NCBI GenBank assembly: GCA_030141605.1 | Contig: JAQGDQ010000065.1 | Span: 680,416-744,415 of the forward strand | DNA length: 64,000 nucleotides | Source of the DNA: Tubiluchus corallicola | Taxonomy: Eukaryota > Animalia > Priapulida | Direction of reading: 5' to 3' | In this document: positions 24,201-37,801 of the stretch, piece by piece | Numbering within the stretch: position 1 is the first letter of the stretch | Layout of the letters: the number at the start of each line of letters is the position of its first letter | Translations under genes and position numbers: made by a program | The notes under the pieces: model-generated | Seen by the model: the letters and a program-made list of their open reading frames with translations, nothing else | Database searches by the model: none | Told to the model about the DNA's origin: nothing

Positions 24201-26155
24201 TATATGTGGCAATGTACACGTATCTGATTAGAAGGCAGATGGAGAGCAATAGTCATTTATCAATGCAATGACTTTAGCAATAATCATGTGTCAGTATTAG
24301 TGTACCCAGCGTCAGCAACTTATGTGACCACCAGAGCAGGAAGACCTGTCAAGCCATCTAAGAGATTAATGATTTTGTGACAACGTAACTCATAAGTGAC
24401 TGTCAGCATTTGGACTTTTGAAATTGCTCATATATATCTGCTTGTGTTTTTGTGCATTTGCTCGTTTGAACTTTTATTAATCTAGCTTATTTTGCTTAGT
24501 TCATAGCTGCACTGCTTTTTAAGTGCTAATTAAATAATACTGTTCTCTACTGCTTACACTTAAGCTCCTAGCTGTATTCAGAAAACCTTATTGTGAGATG
24601 TTTTTTAAATATTTTCGCTTGGATGTTTTAATTCCATTTTTAGAAGAAGAGAGAACATGTGTCATTTCCCGAGTCATATTTACCGTGCCATTTTTGCTGT
24701 GCCATTTTTACCTAGATTCGTCTTGGTCTATTCAAACCGTTTAACCGCGACGAATCACTGAACAAATGAAGTACAGCTGGATGCATTAGCTCCAGTTTAC
24801 ATGTTGACGTGCTCCTGCCAAAAGTAATTAAATTTTGTTACACCACAGAGAGCCTTTGTTGCACTTAATAACTTTTCAAGCAAAATAAGCTACTACGCAG
24901 TAAAATGAGTTAACACATTATTCTTGTGCACAATTTCTCAAGAAACGTTTTGTTTTTTTCCGAAAAGCTGCAAGAAAAATGAGTTACAGATGTTATCACG
25001 AAGTGGTACAGGAGCTCAGTATACTAAACTGCTTGTGCCCATCGTCTATAGTTCAATTTTACTAAGTGAAAGATGGAAATTGCAATACTAGCATGTGTTA
25101 CGGATAGGCTTATAACTGTGTGACGTCGCGAAACATTGTTTTTTGTTTTGGTGCAGGGTTGTAATTTTAGGTTTCTGGGTCTGTCAGGGTCGCACTTTAA
25201 GCACTGGTTGTAGCCCAGTTTTTGAAATCTGCACGTTAAAAACTGGGTATCAATGTTAATTCTATGTCAGTGACAGTTTCATTTGCCTTATCATAATAGT
25301 TTTGGTGCGACCGCACACGCTTCTTTCATTGTAACACTTTTAGTCCAATATTTCAAAATGCTCAAGGGTGACAAAGGGCCACCCTTTATATTCTTGAAAG
25401 GGACCATCAGAACATGAGAAAACTGCTGAGAAAAGAACTTACTCCGAAAATGCAAGGTTCAACCAAAAATGGCTTTTGGCTACCGGACTTGATACATTAG
25501 GCTACTAATTTCCTCTCAGTTTTAGGCCTCAACTTCTTGCAGTTCGTTAGCAACTGTCAGTTTTACTAATCCCGTTTTTACACAGTTTAACATCATTTAT
25601 CGTTCATTGTATGTTTGTACTGTTCTCGTGATGTTATTGCCTAGTCATGCAAATATAAACTAAAAACTGAAGCAAATCTCCACCTTTTATTTGCAGCTTT
25701 CAACACCCTCAGTTCACTACAAGCTCACAATAAAATTCTATTTTCAGTCAATTGTAGTCTATTTCGAGCTCCATGAGATTAGTTTAGAATGACCTTCACT
25801 TGCTCTCCCATCCTTTCCTTCTTTTCACGATATAGTAACCTCATTAAAAACTCATTTCCAAAGTGCTTCCGTTTTTCTATCACACATCCTTCTAGTGATT
25901 TATTAATTCTGCAATTAGATTCTACAAGAAAGCAGCCTACTATTTCTCTAGATATACAATGCATTTCCTAACTGCAGTCATGTCGAGTCCACTTAATCTT
26001 GTTTTATGGCAACTTGAATAAAAATAAATGTAGTGCAATCAACTAAACTCACTGTTTATTGTCTACAAAATTTACAGATAAAATGTCAGTGCAGACACAG
26101 AAATATCCAAATGTACACGAACAGGCAAATACATATCCATCAAATTATTGATCGA

Positions 26156-27460
26156 CTAATAATTCTGCATACCTAGATGACCAGCATGTTGGGATACTAC
26201 ATGTTGTTTCATGTTTCCAGCATGTGCAAAACGTTTTTCACAAACAGGGCATAGATAATTTTTTTCACCTGTGTGTATCTTCATATGTTGCTTCAAGTTA
26301 CTAGAATTACGAAAAGCTTTTTGACACACATTACATGAATGTGGGCGTGCACCAGTGTGAGTTAGTTCATGCTGTTTCAAATTACTTTGTTGTGCAAACA
26401 TTTTATTACATACGGAGCAGCAATATGGTTTTTCTCCAGTGTGAGTTCTTAGGTGCTGTTTCAAATTTGCAGAATGGGAGAAACCTTGACCGCATTCATG
26501 ACAGGTATGTGGACGTTCTGCAAAATGCACTTTTTTGTGTTGGGTGAGGGCACTGGCTTGAGTGAATACCTCAGCACATAAGTTGCATTTGAAAGGTTTA
26601 ACTCCAGTATGAATATTTTCATGTTGTTGTAAATGAGTTTTATTAGTAAAACACTGCTGACAGAACTGACAAGAAAACTCGTATTTTTTGGAGTGCCTAG
26701 TTTGATGTGCTCGCAGGTTACTTGGATGACTGAAGTCTTCACCACACTCTGAACACACGTATGGTTTTGTATCAGCATGAGTGAGCATATGTTGTTTGAG
26801 AGATGAGGTGTAAGGGAAACAACGATGACAGACATGACACTCAAAGGGACGATCACCAGTATGACTACGATGATGATCACGAAGTTTGCTTGGTGTCATG
26901 AATGCCTTTCCACATTCATCACATCTGTACTTTCTAAACTGCAGCCCGGTTTCCTTCTCCTTGTGCAGTTTAACATGGCAACGCAGAGAGCCTGGGTAAG
27001 GAAAGCTGCGATCACACAGGTGACACTTGTAAGGTCTCTCTCCAGAATGGCAGCGAAAATGATATTTTAGCTTGCTCGGAGTTGCAAACCTTTTGTGACA
27101 GATGTTACACTCATACTTCAGATTACTTCTGAATGCTTCAACTTTAAAACCAAAATCACAGTCACTGTCAACAGAAAGCATACCAAGCTTTGTTTCATGA
27201 CATCCAACATTTTTCACAGCAGAAGAATCAGATTCCTTTGTTAAATGATTTTTGTCTGCTAATTCAGATTTGTCCTCTTCTTTTGTTAGGCAACAATTAC
27301 TAACTTCTATTGGTACAGCGGTGTCTTGTTTGTCACTTTGGAAAAGTCCACTGGTTTCAGCTAATACAGTAGAATGAGGGCTATCTTCTGAATCTTCTGT
27401 CAGAGTTATATTCTCATCATTAAAACATTTCACTAGTGTTGGTTTGCATTCCTTGCAATC
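26156..27460 (-). CDS. C2H2 zinc-finger protein, last coding exon (11 fingers)
   Basis: ttttttccag|GATTGC acceptor in frame with the 425-aa ORF; 11 CxxC...HxxxH fingers, mostly with TGE(K/R)P-type linkers; stop TAG; AATAAA on the minus strand at 26060-26055. Confidence 0.92.
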   Translation of the reverse strand, partial: DCKECKPTLVKCFNDENITLTEDSEDSPHSTVLAETSGLFQSDKQDTAVPIEVSNCCLTKEEDKSELADKNHLTKESDSSAVKNVGCHETKLGMLSVDSDCDFGFKVEAFRSNLKYECNICHKRFATPSKLKYHFRCHSGERPYKCHLCDRSFPYPGSLRCHVKLHKEKETGLQFRKYRCDECGKAFMTPSKLRDHHRSHTGDRPFECHVCHRCFPYTSSLKQHMLTHADTKPYVCSECGEDFSHPSNLRAHQTRHSKKYEFSCQFCQQCFTNKTHLQQHENIHTGVKPFKCNLCAEVFTQASALTQHKKVHFAERPHTCHECGQGFSHSANLKQHLRTHTGEKPYCCSVCNKMFAQQSNLKQHELTHTGARPHSCNVCQKAFRNSSNLKQHMKIHTGEKNYLCPVCEKRFAHAGNMKQHVVSQHAGHLGMQNY

Positions 27461-29058
27461 CTGGAAAAAAAATCAGTATCCTATAATCGTTGAACGTAAG
27501 ATAAAAACCGGCATTTGAAAGCTACGTCAAAAAAATAATTTAAAGCACAACGTTTCAATTTATTTGCTAAACCATTCTCAACTCGCGTAACTGTAATAAC
27601 AACTAAATTTACATTAAAGATTTGTAAATTAAAATTTGTTCTACAATGAGAAATCTATGTTTTTTAAATTGCACCATCAATTGCTATTTAGAATTCATTA
27701 AAATTTTCTAAACTATTTATCACAAATGATTTTTTGATGTAAATTTTATATGCCTATTGCATTACAGCAAAATAACCTTGTTATTAATTTGTAAATTAGC
27801 CATATTTTATTTTAGAGTAAATTCAATTCAAATTAAATGGTAAACACCAGATTTATCAAAATATTAGTCAATACAGGCTTTTACCTTCCATGGGTCCTTG
27901 CAGGTGTCATAATTACTGGTATAAGTGATGGTATATTACTGGTATAGATGTGTATAATTAATAATGTTTGCACTGCTAAAAATCACTAAATTTGAACTAA
28001 GCAGAATGTTGCAAAAGTAGATTGCATATAAACCCCTAAATTTTTTTGTTTAATGATGGTTCTATCGAGTTTTGATGTAAAAAGTTTCCTTGATTAATAA
28101 GTCAAATCTTCTAGAAGACCTATTAAGAGCTGCCACACAATCTTTAGCTAGGGTTTGAACAACATTGGCTTGTAGTACTTAAAATGAAAGCTACGTGAGG
28201 AAAATTGAATGATACAGGTTGGACAAAGACTGAGTGAGTTATAAAGTTCTGATTTAATCGAAACGAAATGCAATTCCTAGATAATCAAGCATGGCGAATT
28301 CACCGAAGACAATATTTAGACCTTTAGACCACGATCCACGGAGTTCCAAGTTCTGATTTAACATGTTCAATTATATGTTCAATATGGTCTTATAATATGT
28401 TTAATTAGTGAATATGAAAGAGACCAAAAAATTCTACTGTAGAAATTCGTGAGCTTGTAGTGTGTAATGCATATTTGCTAATGCAGTACCCTCCTATGCT
28501 TTATTGTCAATTTAATTTTGTACATATTTTTTAATTTAGATGTATGTATAAGCCTGGAATACAAGTCAGTTTTTTTACTATCCACTTCATGCTGTATAAT
28601 ATAAAGAATAAAAAATATGTTTATATAAAAAATAGAAAAGAAACGAAATTCTTAAGTAATCAAGCATGGCAAATTTAACAGAAATGAAATTATGACCTTG
28701 AGCTAATTTGACTTAACAACAAAAATCTACTCCAGCCCAGACACTGTAAAGAATGGTAGCCTGGAACTTTAGTTTAACTGTTCTGATTTAATTGGAAAGA
28801 AACGTAATTCCTAGGTAATCAAACAGAACAAATTTAACAAAAGCGAAATTTTGATTTTGAGCTTAATAAACGGTTTGATTAATAAGAGAATTTTGCATAT
28901 ATTGCAGAATCTCAATAATAAACACGTTTCCAATACATGCAAAATCTTATTACTTCCAAACAGTTTATTTTTTATTATTATTCTCAGCAATGGCACTGAA
29001 TAATTTGAAAACCACACTACCTAATCCTAAAGTCTGTAAACTTGCAGGTAGACACCAG

Positions 29059-29885
29059 GGTCCAGATTCACGTAAGCATCGCAACTTTATGCACTTAAGT
29101 GTATTGTCTTACGACACCTTCAAGACAGTGTCGTAAATGGTATTCACGAAGCTGTCTTAGGGTGCACTTAAGTCCATCTCGCTGGTTGCCGTAATTTCGC
29201 TATTAGTTGGAATTCATAAAATATAATGCATTTAAATCTGCTACTTGAATTTTTTCAGAAAGATTGTCTTATGTTAAGACACGCAGGGCGCACTTTAGCG
29301 AATCACGAGAGGCGTAACTAGTTTTTAGTTATTATCATGTAATAAATGTTTGCTTTTATGTGGACATTTGAACTGTAACAATAGCCGTGTCATAACAACA
29401 ATAATAATGATCACTATCACTAATCGTCATCATCATCATCATCATTGTTACTACAGTAAGTCCCATAAATGAGGTGGATGATAATTTATTATTGGTCAAT
29501 TGTTTAATAAATATCAACTTGAGTAACTACCACTACTGTATTTACAGTATTTCCAAACTATCGATCAATTATTTTATGATTCACAAATGTAATACTATTA
29601 ATAACAGCAGTATTTATCGAGTTACGACAACACTGGAGGTGTTGTAAAGTTAGGCTACAACAAAATTTTGTTTAATGAATCCCGTCTTGAATCGCTAAGT
29701 GCGTGCAGGGTTACGCACGACTAAGTGCGACCTAGGACGTCTACTTGAATTCCGTCTAACTCTCCCAGTCGCGCGCAAGTAGAGATAAGACGTCTACACA
29801 GGAATTCGATGCAAATATTTCCACGCGCCTAGACCCCGCTTAAGACAACGAAACTGTCGTTAAGTGCAGTACATGAATCAGGCCC
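29059..29885. mobile_element. PIF/Harbinger-like MITE
   Basis: TIRs GGTCCAGATTCACG / GGGCCTGATTCATG (reverse complement); 3-bp TSD CAG on both sides; repeated ctaag/cttaag/gtcgta subterminal motifs. Confidence 0.75.
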
Positions 29886-30044
29886 CAGAAGTAGGGGCCC
29901 AAACATTGGTATGAAGTGAAATGACCTTGGGTCAAAAGTCAAGAACACTGGACATCGGCTTATCACTCAATTCCTCTTAGGGCTCTGAGTTAAATCTAAA
30001 AAACGGCTAGTCTGCAAAAGAATGTTAAAAGATTAAAACGGTCC

Positions 30045-33000
30045 TATAGTGTCCGTCACTGAGTATAGGTAATAAAAAGTTAATGAAAAGATGACCTATA
30101 TTGGAAATGTAAAAAGCATAAAAGTCACTTGCTTTCGTTATTAACCTAGTGACAACAATGGCAACAAGCCGAGTTCAACAATGGCAACAGGATGGGATCT
30201 AAATTTAGATTTAGCAGACTAAATTAAAACAGAAACGCAGTGAATTTAAAGTGAGAATGTGAAAAATGGCATTTGTTCCAGAGTTGTCCACACTAGCAAC
30301 CTTTGAGGTATCAGGAGATTCAACCAGCGCAAGTCCTAGATAGAACTGTTGGAAAAAATGATTGAATTCTACATGGTGGCAATAAAATGACACGAATAAA
30401 ATGCAGAAAAGGGCTTCGTTATTGCACATTTTGGAAATGGACAGCCAGGACATTCTTGAGACCATGAATGAGGCTCCATTTAATCCTGATGAAGAGGGAG
30501 AAGAAGATAACGTGTATAAACAAGCCGTAAGAAAGCTAGATACATACTTTTCTCCTGAGGGTAACATACCTTTTGAACGGCATGTTTTCCGGTCATTGAA
30601 ACAATATGTTCCAGAAGCTGTGAATCAATTCGTGTGTCGTTTAAAAAACAAGCAGTAAAATGTGATTTTGTCGATGAATTAGTAGATATTTAGAAATCAA
30701 GTCATATAACAGGAACTGGCGAGAGCTTTTGAGGCAGCCGAGTTGCACTTGAGCAAAGTAACAGCAGTTAACCGTCTTTCTGCAGCAAAGAACAAGCCTA
30801 AAAGTTGTGTCAAATCCAGGTTAAACTGTTCTGCGGGTTGCCAACTTAATCTAGAAAAAGTGTGTTACTGATGCGGTAAATCAGGCCATTATTTTAGGAA
30901 ATTTGCTATTTTTCCACGGTGTGCAAAACAAAACTTGATAAAAATGGAAATGATCCAAAAATGTCGAAGTGGACAAAAAGAAAACCAAGGAGGTCTACAG
31001 CTAAAACTGGAAGGTTGAATCAAGTAGAAACAGATTCGGAGGAGAACTACTGTAGTGATAAAGAGTATGCTTTTTTGCTCACCGGTCACAAAGAGAATGC
31101 CGGCGTGACTGACGTCAACGTGGGAAGTGTGTTCATCAGAGCACTAAGGAATTCAGGATCAACAGCCAATGTCATAGATCAGAGAACTTGGTCGCATTTA
31201 AAGAAACACAAAATTCGCTGTCGATCACAAAAAGCAAAGGAGAAAACGTCAAAGAATCCATTACCAGTACCTGGAAGCTATGAAGCTGTTGTGCAAGTTG
31301 GTCAAAATAAGGCACGAGCAGTGTACTTTGTGGAAGAAGCTTCTCAACAAACAGACTGCAGAGGAATTCAGAATTCTAAAAGTTGGTTTGAATATCTGTT
31401 CACTACAGGACAGAGGTCCTTCACTACAAGACATTGCTAAGCAGTATCTAAATGTTTGCCAAACAGATAAAATTAGGGAAATTAAAAAATTATCAACTGA
31501 AGATCAATCCAGATATCAAGCCAGTGGTTCAATGGACTAACAGTAAATTTGACAAAATGTCAGATTCAACGTTGTGAGCTGGATGAAGATGAAGCTGAGT
31601 AAGAAGTTCAAATGACAGCTGCTGCTGCAACTCCAAAAGCATTGAGACCACGAGAGATGATGAACTTAAGGTGGTTTGTAGATATATACTGATTAGAAGA
31701 TGGGACACTTGTCCTGCAGAAAATAAAACTGTGAGAAATGAAATCTGAACGCTGTTGGAAAATTAATATTGAGAGGATGCCAAACTGCAATCCCAGACAG
31801 CCAGAGAAACCAGGTCCTCCGTTTAGCCCACGAGGTACACCAGGGAATCATCAAAATGACGCAAAGACTCAGACAAAAGTGTGGTGGCCTCATATGGATT
31901 CTGATGCAGAGAAAATCTATAAGGAATGTCTAGATTGCCAACTGGCTGCTCAACCATCATCATCTGAACTGATGAGGAGATTGAAACCAATAGGACCATG
32001 GCAAGACTGTGCAGCAGATTACTAGGTTCCATGTCTGACAGTAGTTCTGTATGGTAGATTATTATAGTAAGTGGCTTGAGACTGAGATCCTGACAGAGAT
32101 ACGATCAGACGATGTAAGTGGTTCCTGTCAGAGGATATTTGCTAGATTTGGCATGCCCATATTACTGCGCATAGATAATAACAAACAAATTGTCTCTGAA
32201 GAATTTAAAGCATACCTTGATATATATGAGATAAAATATGTTACTGCTCCTCCACTATGTCCACAAACCAACGGAAAAATTGAAAGACAAAACTGTGCTA
32301 CGCTGAAAGCTAGGAAGACCGCCCATGCTGAAGGAGATTGAAAATGCGAACCATATGATTTTCTACTAGCCTATCATACAACTCCACACAGAACCACTGG
32401 TGTAACACCGGTGAAGCACATGTTCAGACATAAAATCTTCCAGAGCTAAGCTAAGAAGTTAGAGAGGACGATCTTTTTGCTGGAGATCTTGAAGATCAGA
32501 AAAAGCAGAAAGGCAAAAATTATGCAGATCACTGTCAAAATGGCAAGCCAAGTTGGATTAGTGTTGGAGATAAAGTTTTGATGGAACAACCAAAGAAGAA
32601 CAAGCTAACGACTAGATACAGTGAAAAACCACTAACCATGATTAGATTGTACAGGAAGAAAACATGGATGTAAACGCCAGATGGCAAGGAGTACGTGAGG
32701 AACCCTGCTCATTTGAAAAAAAAAATTTGTTGAGGAAGAAAAGGAAGGAGTTGATAATGCCCTCGAGGAGATCAAGAAGTCAGAGGACCAGACACTGGAT
32801 ATGTAATCAAAACAGGCAGAGTTAGTCATTGTCCATGGAAGTATGAAGATTTCAACTTTAATTCTTCATTTACATTCTCACATATAGGATGTTTTAAATT
32901 TGGTTTAATTGATCTTTTTTGAATTACATATTCTCAATTGCCATTTGCTTCTTTGAAAAGTATATTTTTAACCTCAGAAAAAAGGAGAGATTGTACTGTC

Positions 33001-33099
33001 TGCCACTGAGTATGGGTGGTGCAAAAGCTAATAAAAAAGATGAGCTATACTGGAAAAGTTAAAAGCATAAAAGTCATTTGCTTTTCTTATTAAAACACA
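30045..33099 (+). mobile_element. Internally deleted Gypsy element with ~110-bp LTRs, antisense in the ZNF intron
   Basis: LTRs 30045-30157 and 32992-~33099; PBS-like tggcaacaag at 30159; PPT aaaaaggagaga; gag (KLDTYFSPEGNIPFERHVFR), knuckle CY*CGKSGH, protease NSGSTANVI, integrase VDYYSKW...IFARFGMP...QTNGKIER; RT/RNase H absent. Confidence 0.88.
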
Positions 33100-33839
33100 A
33101 GAAAACCCTCTTCACTTACATAAAACTTGAAATTTCATACCACTTACTTACTACATTTTTGCATACAAGACTTGCATCTGCAGTAATACTATGTAAAACG
33201 TGTAAATTTAAACTCCTGCGATGACCATTAGATGCAGATGTTTGACGATAAGTCATTTATTTAGATCAGTGCAAGATAAAACACGTGTAGATAACACAGA
33301 GTAAAGTTTGAAAAAATAATCAGAGTATTCGCTGCGCACACGTCACTAACTAAGTAACTAATGTAACTATTTAAATTACTGTATCTTATCAGTAAGATTA
33401 AAAATGCAATTTTTGGTTTGTGAGTGGTGCAACCGGGAGGTGGGTCAATGACATTTTTCCAATTGGTGGGAACATTTTAAATAATTAATAATTTTCTTTT
33501 CTAGTTACATAAGTCTTTCAAGCAGATAAGCAAAATGCTAAGTAAAATAACTTTGCATGGAAACCTTTTGGGACATAGTTTAACATTTCCTTTTCTTTCC
33601 TTGATTTTACGTTGTGTGTATATGATGTAATGCAATGGTGCGGACAGAACAAAATTGCAGGAGACTTAAAATGAAAAAAGCAAAAAATCATTTCAATACG
33701 AGTACGATATGTGCATAAAATTGGTATGAAGTACTATAATTTTTTAAGGCGATTTTTCTGAAACCCTCTTCGGTATCCCTTTACTTGTCTTTTAAACTAA
33801 AAGTAATTTATTCATACATAAATTAGATCGAGTTCAACA

Positions 33840-36409
33840 AGTCTAATAAGCAAAAAACAAAATGTCCACTGGATCCTTGTCATATACTCCAGCTGAATGG
33901 TAAAAAAATTGCTAATTTCATGTAAGAGTTTTACGAAAATTTTGCATAATGCTAGAATGCACTAAGGTGATTAATTTGGGATATGTGGTCAGCTGAAAAT
34001 CCTCCAAAATGGTCTTTATTTTCAAGAAGACTGATAAATGGCTATCATTAGCATATATGTATAGGTCATATCTTAACCTGTTAGAACAGATAAGATGGTG
34101 ATGATTTTGGTATTCAAACATAAATTTCCGAAGTCAATGAACCCATATCCGATACATAAAAAACCTATGACACCACTTCATTTAGAATTTCAAGATGGCT
34201 GCCAAGACAGCTTACAGCTGCTTGTGTAATAGATAAACTATATGCATGTTCAAAGGCAAATAGGGTGAGCTTTTAGTATATGGCTGTCGCTAGCCTATAA
34301 AGACCACAACTTAGCTGTTGCAGCAGATAAGATGATGATTCTGGTGTGTAAATGTAGTTTTTCAAGGTCAAGGAATCAACATCTGATGCATAAAAATATC
34401 TATAACATTACCGAGTACCTACTTAGGGTTTCAAGATGATTGCCAAGTTGGCTACAGCCAATAGGGTAATATATTAGCTATATTGCATGTTTTGCTGAGG
34501 ATAAGATGATGATTTTAGTGACACAGATAAAAGATTTAAGGTATTATTATTATTATTATTATTACTCGCATTTAACAATATTGTGTAAACACATCACACA
34601 TTCAATATGCGGCCTGATCAGGGCTGTCTCATTAAGTTTGATGCCCTAGGCAGAAGTATTTGTAGTGCCCCCTCCTCAAAGGTCAACATCTCCCCACTGT
34701 AGTGCCCTCTCCTCAAAGGTCAACCTCTCCCATGGTCCTACCACATCCTCAAAATTGAACTTTTCTTGTATAATGTTATAATAAAGTATATCTATAATGT
34801 ATAATGTATAATATAGTACATGTTTAATAGTGTACTAATTAAGTGCAGTTAATCACCTATCTGTATCTTGTGTTGATTGAATTTGAAATTAAATTTATGA
34901 CCACATTGTACATCTTGGGTTTTCAGAAGCAATCTAATTTCTGCTAGTCTTGACAAGATTTTTCCTTAGCCTTTTCAACAGAAATTTTTGAAGCTTCAAC
35001 TTTTTTAAGTATACACTGATTTCACTAGCTTTGGTCTAATTGCAAATATTTCATTCGAGATTCTGTCGCCACTGGCTTTTTTTAATTTCGTGTATTTAAG
35101 CAATTCCTCATCCATTAAATTATTACTTATGCTAAACTCAAAAATTAAAGAATTACTTCCAGAATTTGGCACACCCAAAAATTTCATGCCTTAGGCAACA
35201 GCCTAGTTTGCCTAGTGGTAGAGCTGGCCCAGAGTCTGATAAAGACGCCAGAATAAAAAACAGATTGCTCAAGTCAGAATTCATAGACACTAATATAGAT
35301 AACATTACATCTAAAACATTCTGTCATATTCACCACTACCACACTGCCACATTTGCACAGAACTGTGCAACAAGACTTGCCTGGATATGTTTACATCTGT
35401 CACAGTACCTTTTCGCTGGCTGGCGATAACATTTAATTATTTAATAAGTTAGTGGTATGCTTCAGGTCTTAATGTCCAGTGTGGTTCCCATGTCACATCA
35501 GTGGTCCCCTTCCAGGCCCAGTCATATGGTGATGGTAAACCTGGGACAGTGCTCAATGCCTGGCCTAGCAGTATCCTGCCTGGTATACCACATGCCTGGT
35601 GTGCTCCAGCAGTTCGGCAGATGTTGGAGGAATTGCCTCATTTGACCTTCCCTTTCTTGTGAACAAGTCTTTGGGTGCTTCGTTAACTGACATTAATATG
35701 CTAGCTTTGTCATACAGGATTATGCACAACAAAACGTTCAAGCACAGGCATGAGTTCAGTCAGTAGTATTTCTTAGCATTTCAAATGATTCTGTTTTTAC
35801 CTCAAACACTCATATGGGCCAAGCGAATGTGGAAGTCTGGTCGCAACTAGTACTGGTCGGCAGTGTCGACACTTATTCAAGCCCATGGCATTCACAATTT
35901 CACATGGCTAAAGGCATATGAACAGTAAAGATATTTATAAACTAGTGACTACCACCTTTTTGGCCATCATAAAAACAGTGGCCATACTGGAAAATGCCAT
36001 AAATCTTTGACCTTTAAACCGTATATATAGATATTAAAATCATATGATCCTATTTACCTTAGAACATGCAATATAGCTAATATATTACATAAGCAGCTGC
36101 CATCATCTTACCTCTTAACTGAGGCAATGTCATAGATATTTTAAGCATTAGATATGACCTTCTTTGATCTTGAAAACCTGTATTTAGACGCCAAAATTGT
36201 GATCTAAACTAGTAACAGCCATCTTGTTGGCCACCTTGAAAATGGTGGCAATATTGGATATATCTGATTAGCTTCATATCCTAAATTAACCACTTGATTG
36301 GTTCTAGCATTGTGCACTTTCACAACTTTTAGGCATAATTGGAAATTTTTTCATCATTCTGCTTGCTATATATCGGGAACCTGGTGGCATTTTTTTGTTT
36401 AATAAACTA
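33840..36409. mobile_element. Long-TIR (foldback, possibly Academ-like) non-autonomous DNA element
   Basis: 33840-34010 is an imperfect inverted copy of 36250-36409; internal repeated CAAGATGGCTGCC-type modules on both arms; (T/A)AGT..ACTA ends; superfamily uncertain. Confidence 0.6.
34619..35232. mobile_element. Non-autonomous hAT element (copy 2), nested in the long-TIR element
   Basis: CAGGGCTGTCTC.../...GAGCTGGCCCAG; 8-bp TSD ggcctgat/agtctgat; shares ccctaggcagaag and ctagtttg(c/g)ctagtggt with 13015-13784. Confidence 0.75.
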
Positions 36410-37801
36410 TGCATACTGTGTCACTGTGCATACTTTCTGGTGTCTAGTAGTAGCTTTTTAGATTCAGTAATAAAAATAATTTGCTTTTTGTGTTTATAAC
36501 AAACCTCTATGTGAAAATTGCATGATCAGCATATTTTCGTTTTGTGTAACGCCTTTTTGAAAATGGTGTGCATTTTTTTAACTGAAAGTAACAGAAATGG
36601 ATTCATTATTTCTAATTATCCTAGACTAGGTTTCATAATTGTCTCCTAGTGATAATTGTCTGGGAATTTCTTTTGATTTAGTTGTTTGTGCAAAAACTTG
36701 GCAAAAACTAACAAGAATGGCTATGTTGCAACTTTTAGGAAAAACGGACCCAGGGTGCACTTTTCTGTCAAGTCTAATACCAGGATAGAATGTTCCAACA
36801 TTATTAATTATAATTGTACTTTATGAGCAAATCCTTTTTGCAGTGCTTTTGTGAGTTATAAAAACGTCACACCACCTTATTTATTGGTGGATTTTTTTCC
36901 GTTGTTACAAACTTGCTGCAATAAGCAGTGTTTTCAGGGAAAAACAAAAATGATAATTCTGTTAGGTACCTTTTAGCCTTTTACAGTTTCATCAAAATAA
37001 CAATTTTTTCTATAAACTAGAACAAATAAAGACCAAAATAAAAATTGCCTGTCCCAATGCTATTGACTAGAGCTGACCAGTTCTCTAGCTACATCACTAA
37101 TCACTAGCTTAGCACAGCAGAAAGAAGACAATTTCCGGGAACTGTAATTTACTCCGTATTTGTCAACAAACTTCATACTACTTTATACCACAGGACACAC
37201 TTTATATAGGCAAAGAAGCAGGACATAATAGTCTAGCTTACTGGAAAAACCCACATTTTTTTTCCTGTTAATAACTGATGCTTGATCTGGTATAGACAAA
37301 AGAATACATGAAAATTTTTTAGGTAAATACAGGTGCAATGGGGATGCTTAGTGTGCAAGGGCAAACACAATATATAGCTTTCTTGTTATTGTGTATGCCT
37401 GTTTGTTTAGACAGCCAGCCTCTTATGCTTTGTATTGTGCTGAGTGACTGTAGTGTGAGCGAACTCTGACCTTGTTTGAGAAGAATTTGTATAAAAAATG
37501 TTTTTCACACGAAAATTCTTGTTTCGTTCTCAATTATATATTTTCTTGTTTAATTTAAAATTAGTTAATATTTATTGAACTGTTTATGATAGAAAACACC
37601 AGACTGGGTCGTATAGGAATTGGATTCTTCACAAGAATAAAGAAACTAGCTCTTAAAAAGTGCCGGAAAGGTTTCTAATTCTTAGTATGCTGCTTGTAAA
37701 AAGCCAACAAATGAAATATACACTCAAAATAAATCAATAAATGACATGCACAGGCAGGTGTTAAGAAATATAAGAAATATGCAAGTTATGTTAATACTGA
37801 C

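Larger units (their letters stand above)
19101..24719. mobile_element. Mutator/MULE-like DNA transposon hosting nested retroelements
   Basis: Inverted termini with repeated GGTAAAAATGGCACAG units; 9-bp TSD gtcttggcc (19092-19100)/gtcttggtc (24720-24728); minus-strand relic KNVCEALHGGL...FSSPGH...FL (19533-19820) resembles the MULE transposase C-terminal TNNxxExxH motif. Confidence 0.78.

Noticed and set aside
28811-29017. LFGSNK string as an ABHD11 HGLFGS exon
   Set aside because: The true HGLFG exon is at 6263-6404; this one lacks the His-Gly and lies in the ZNF intron
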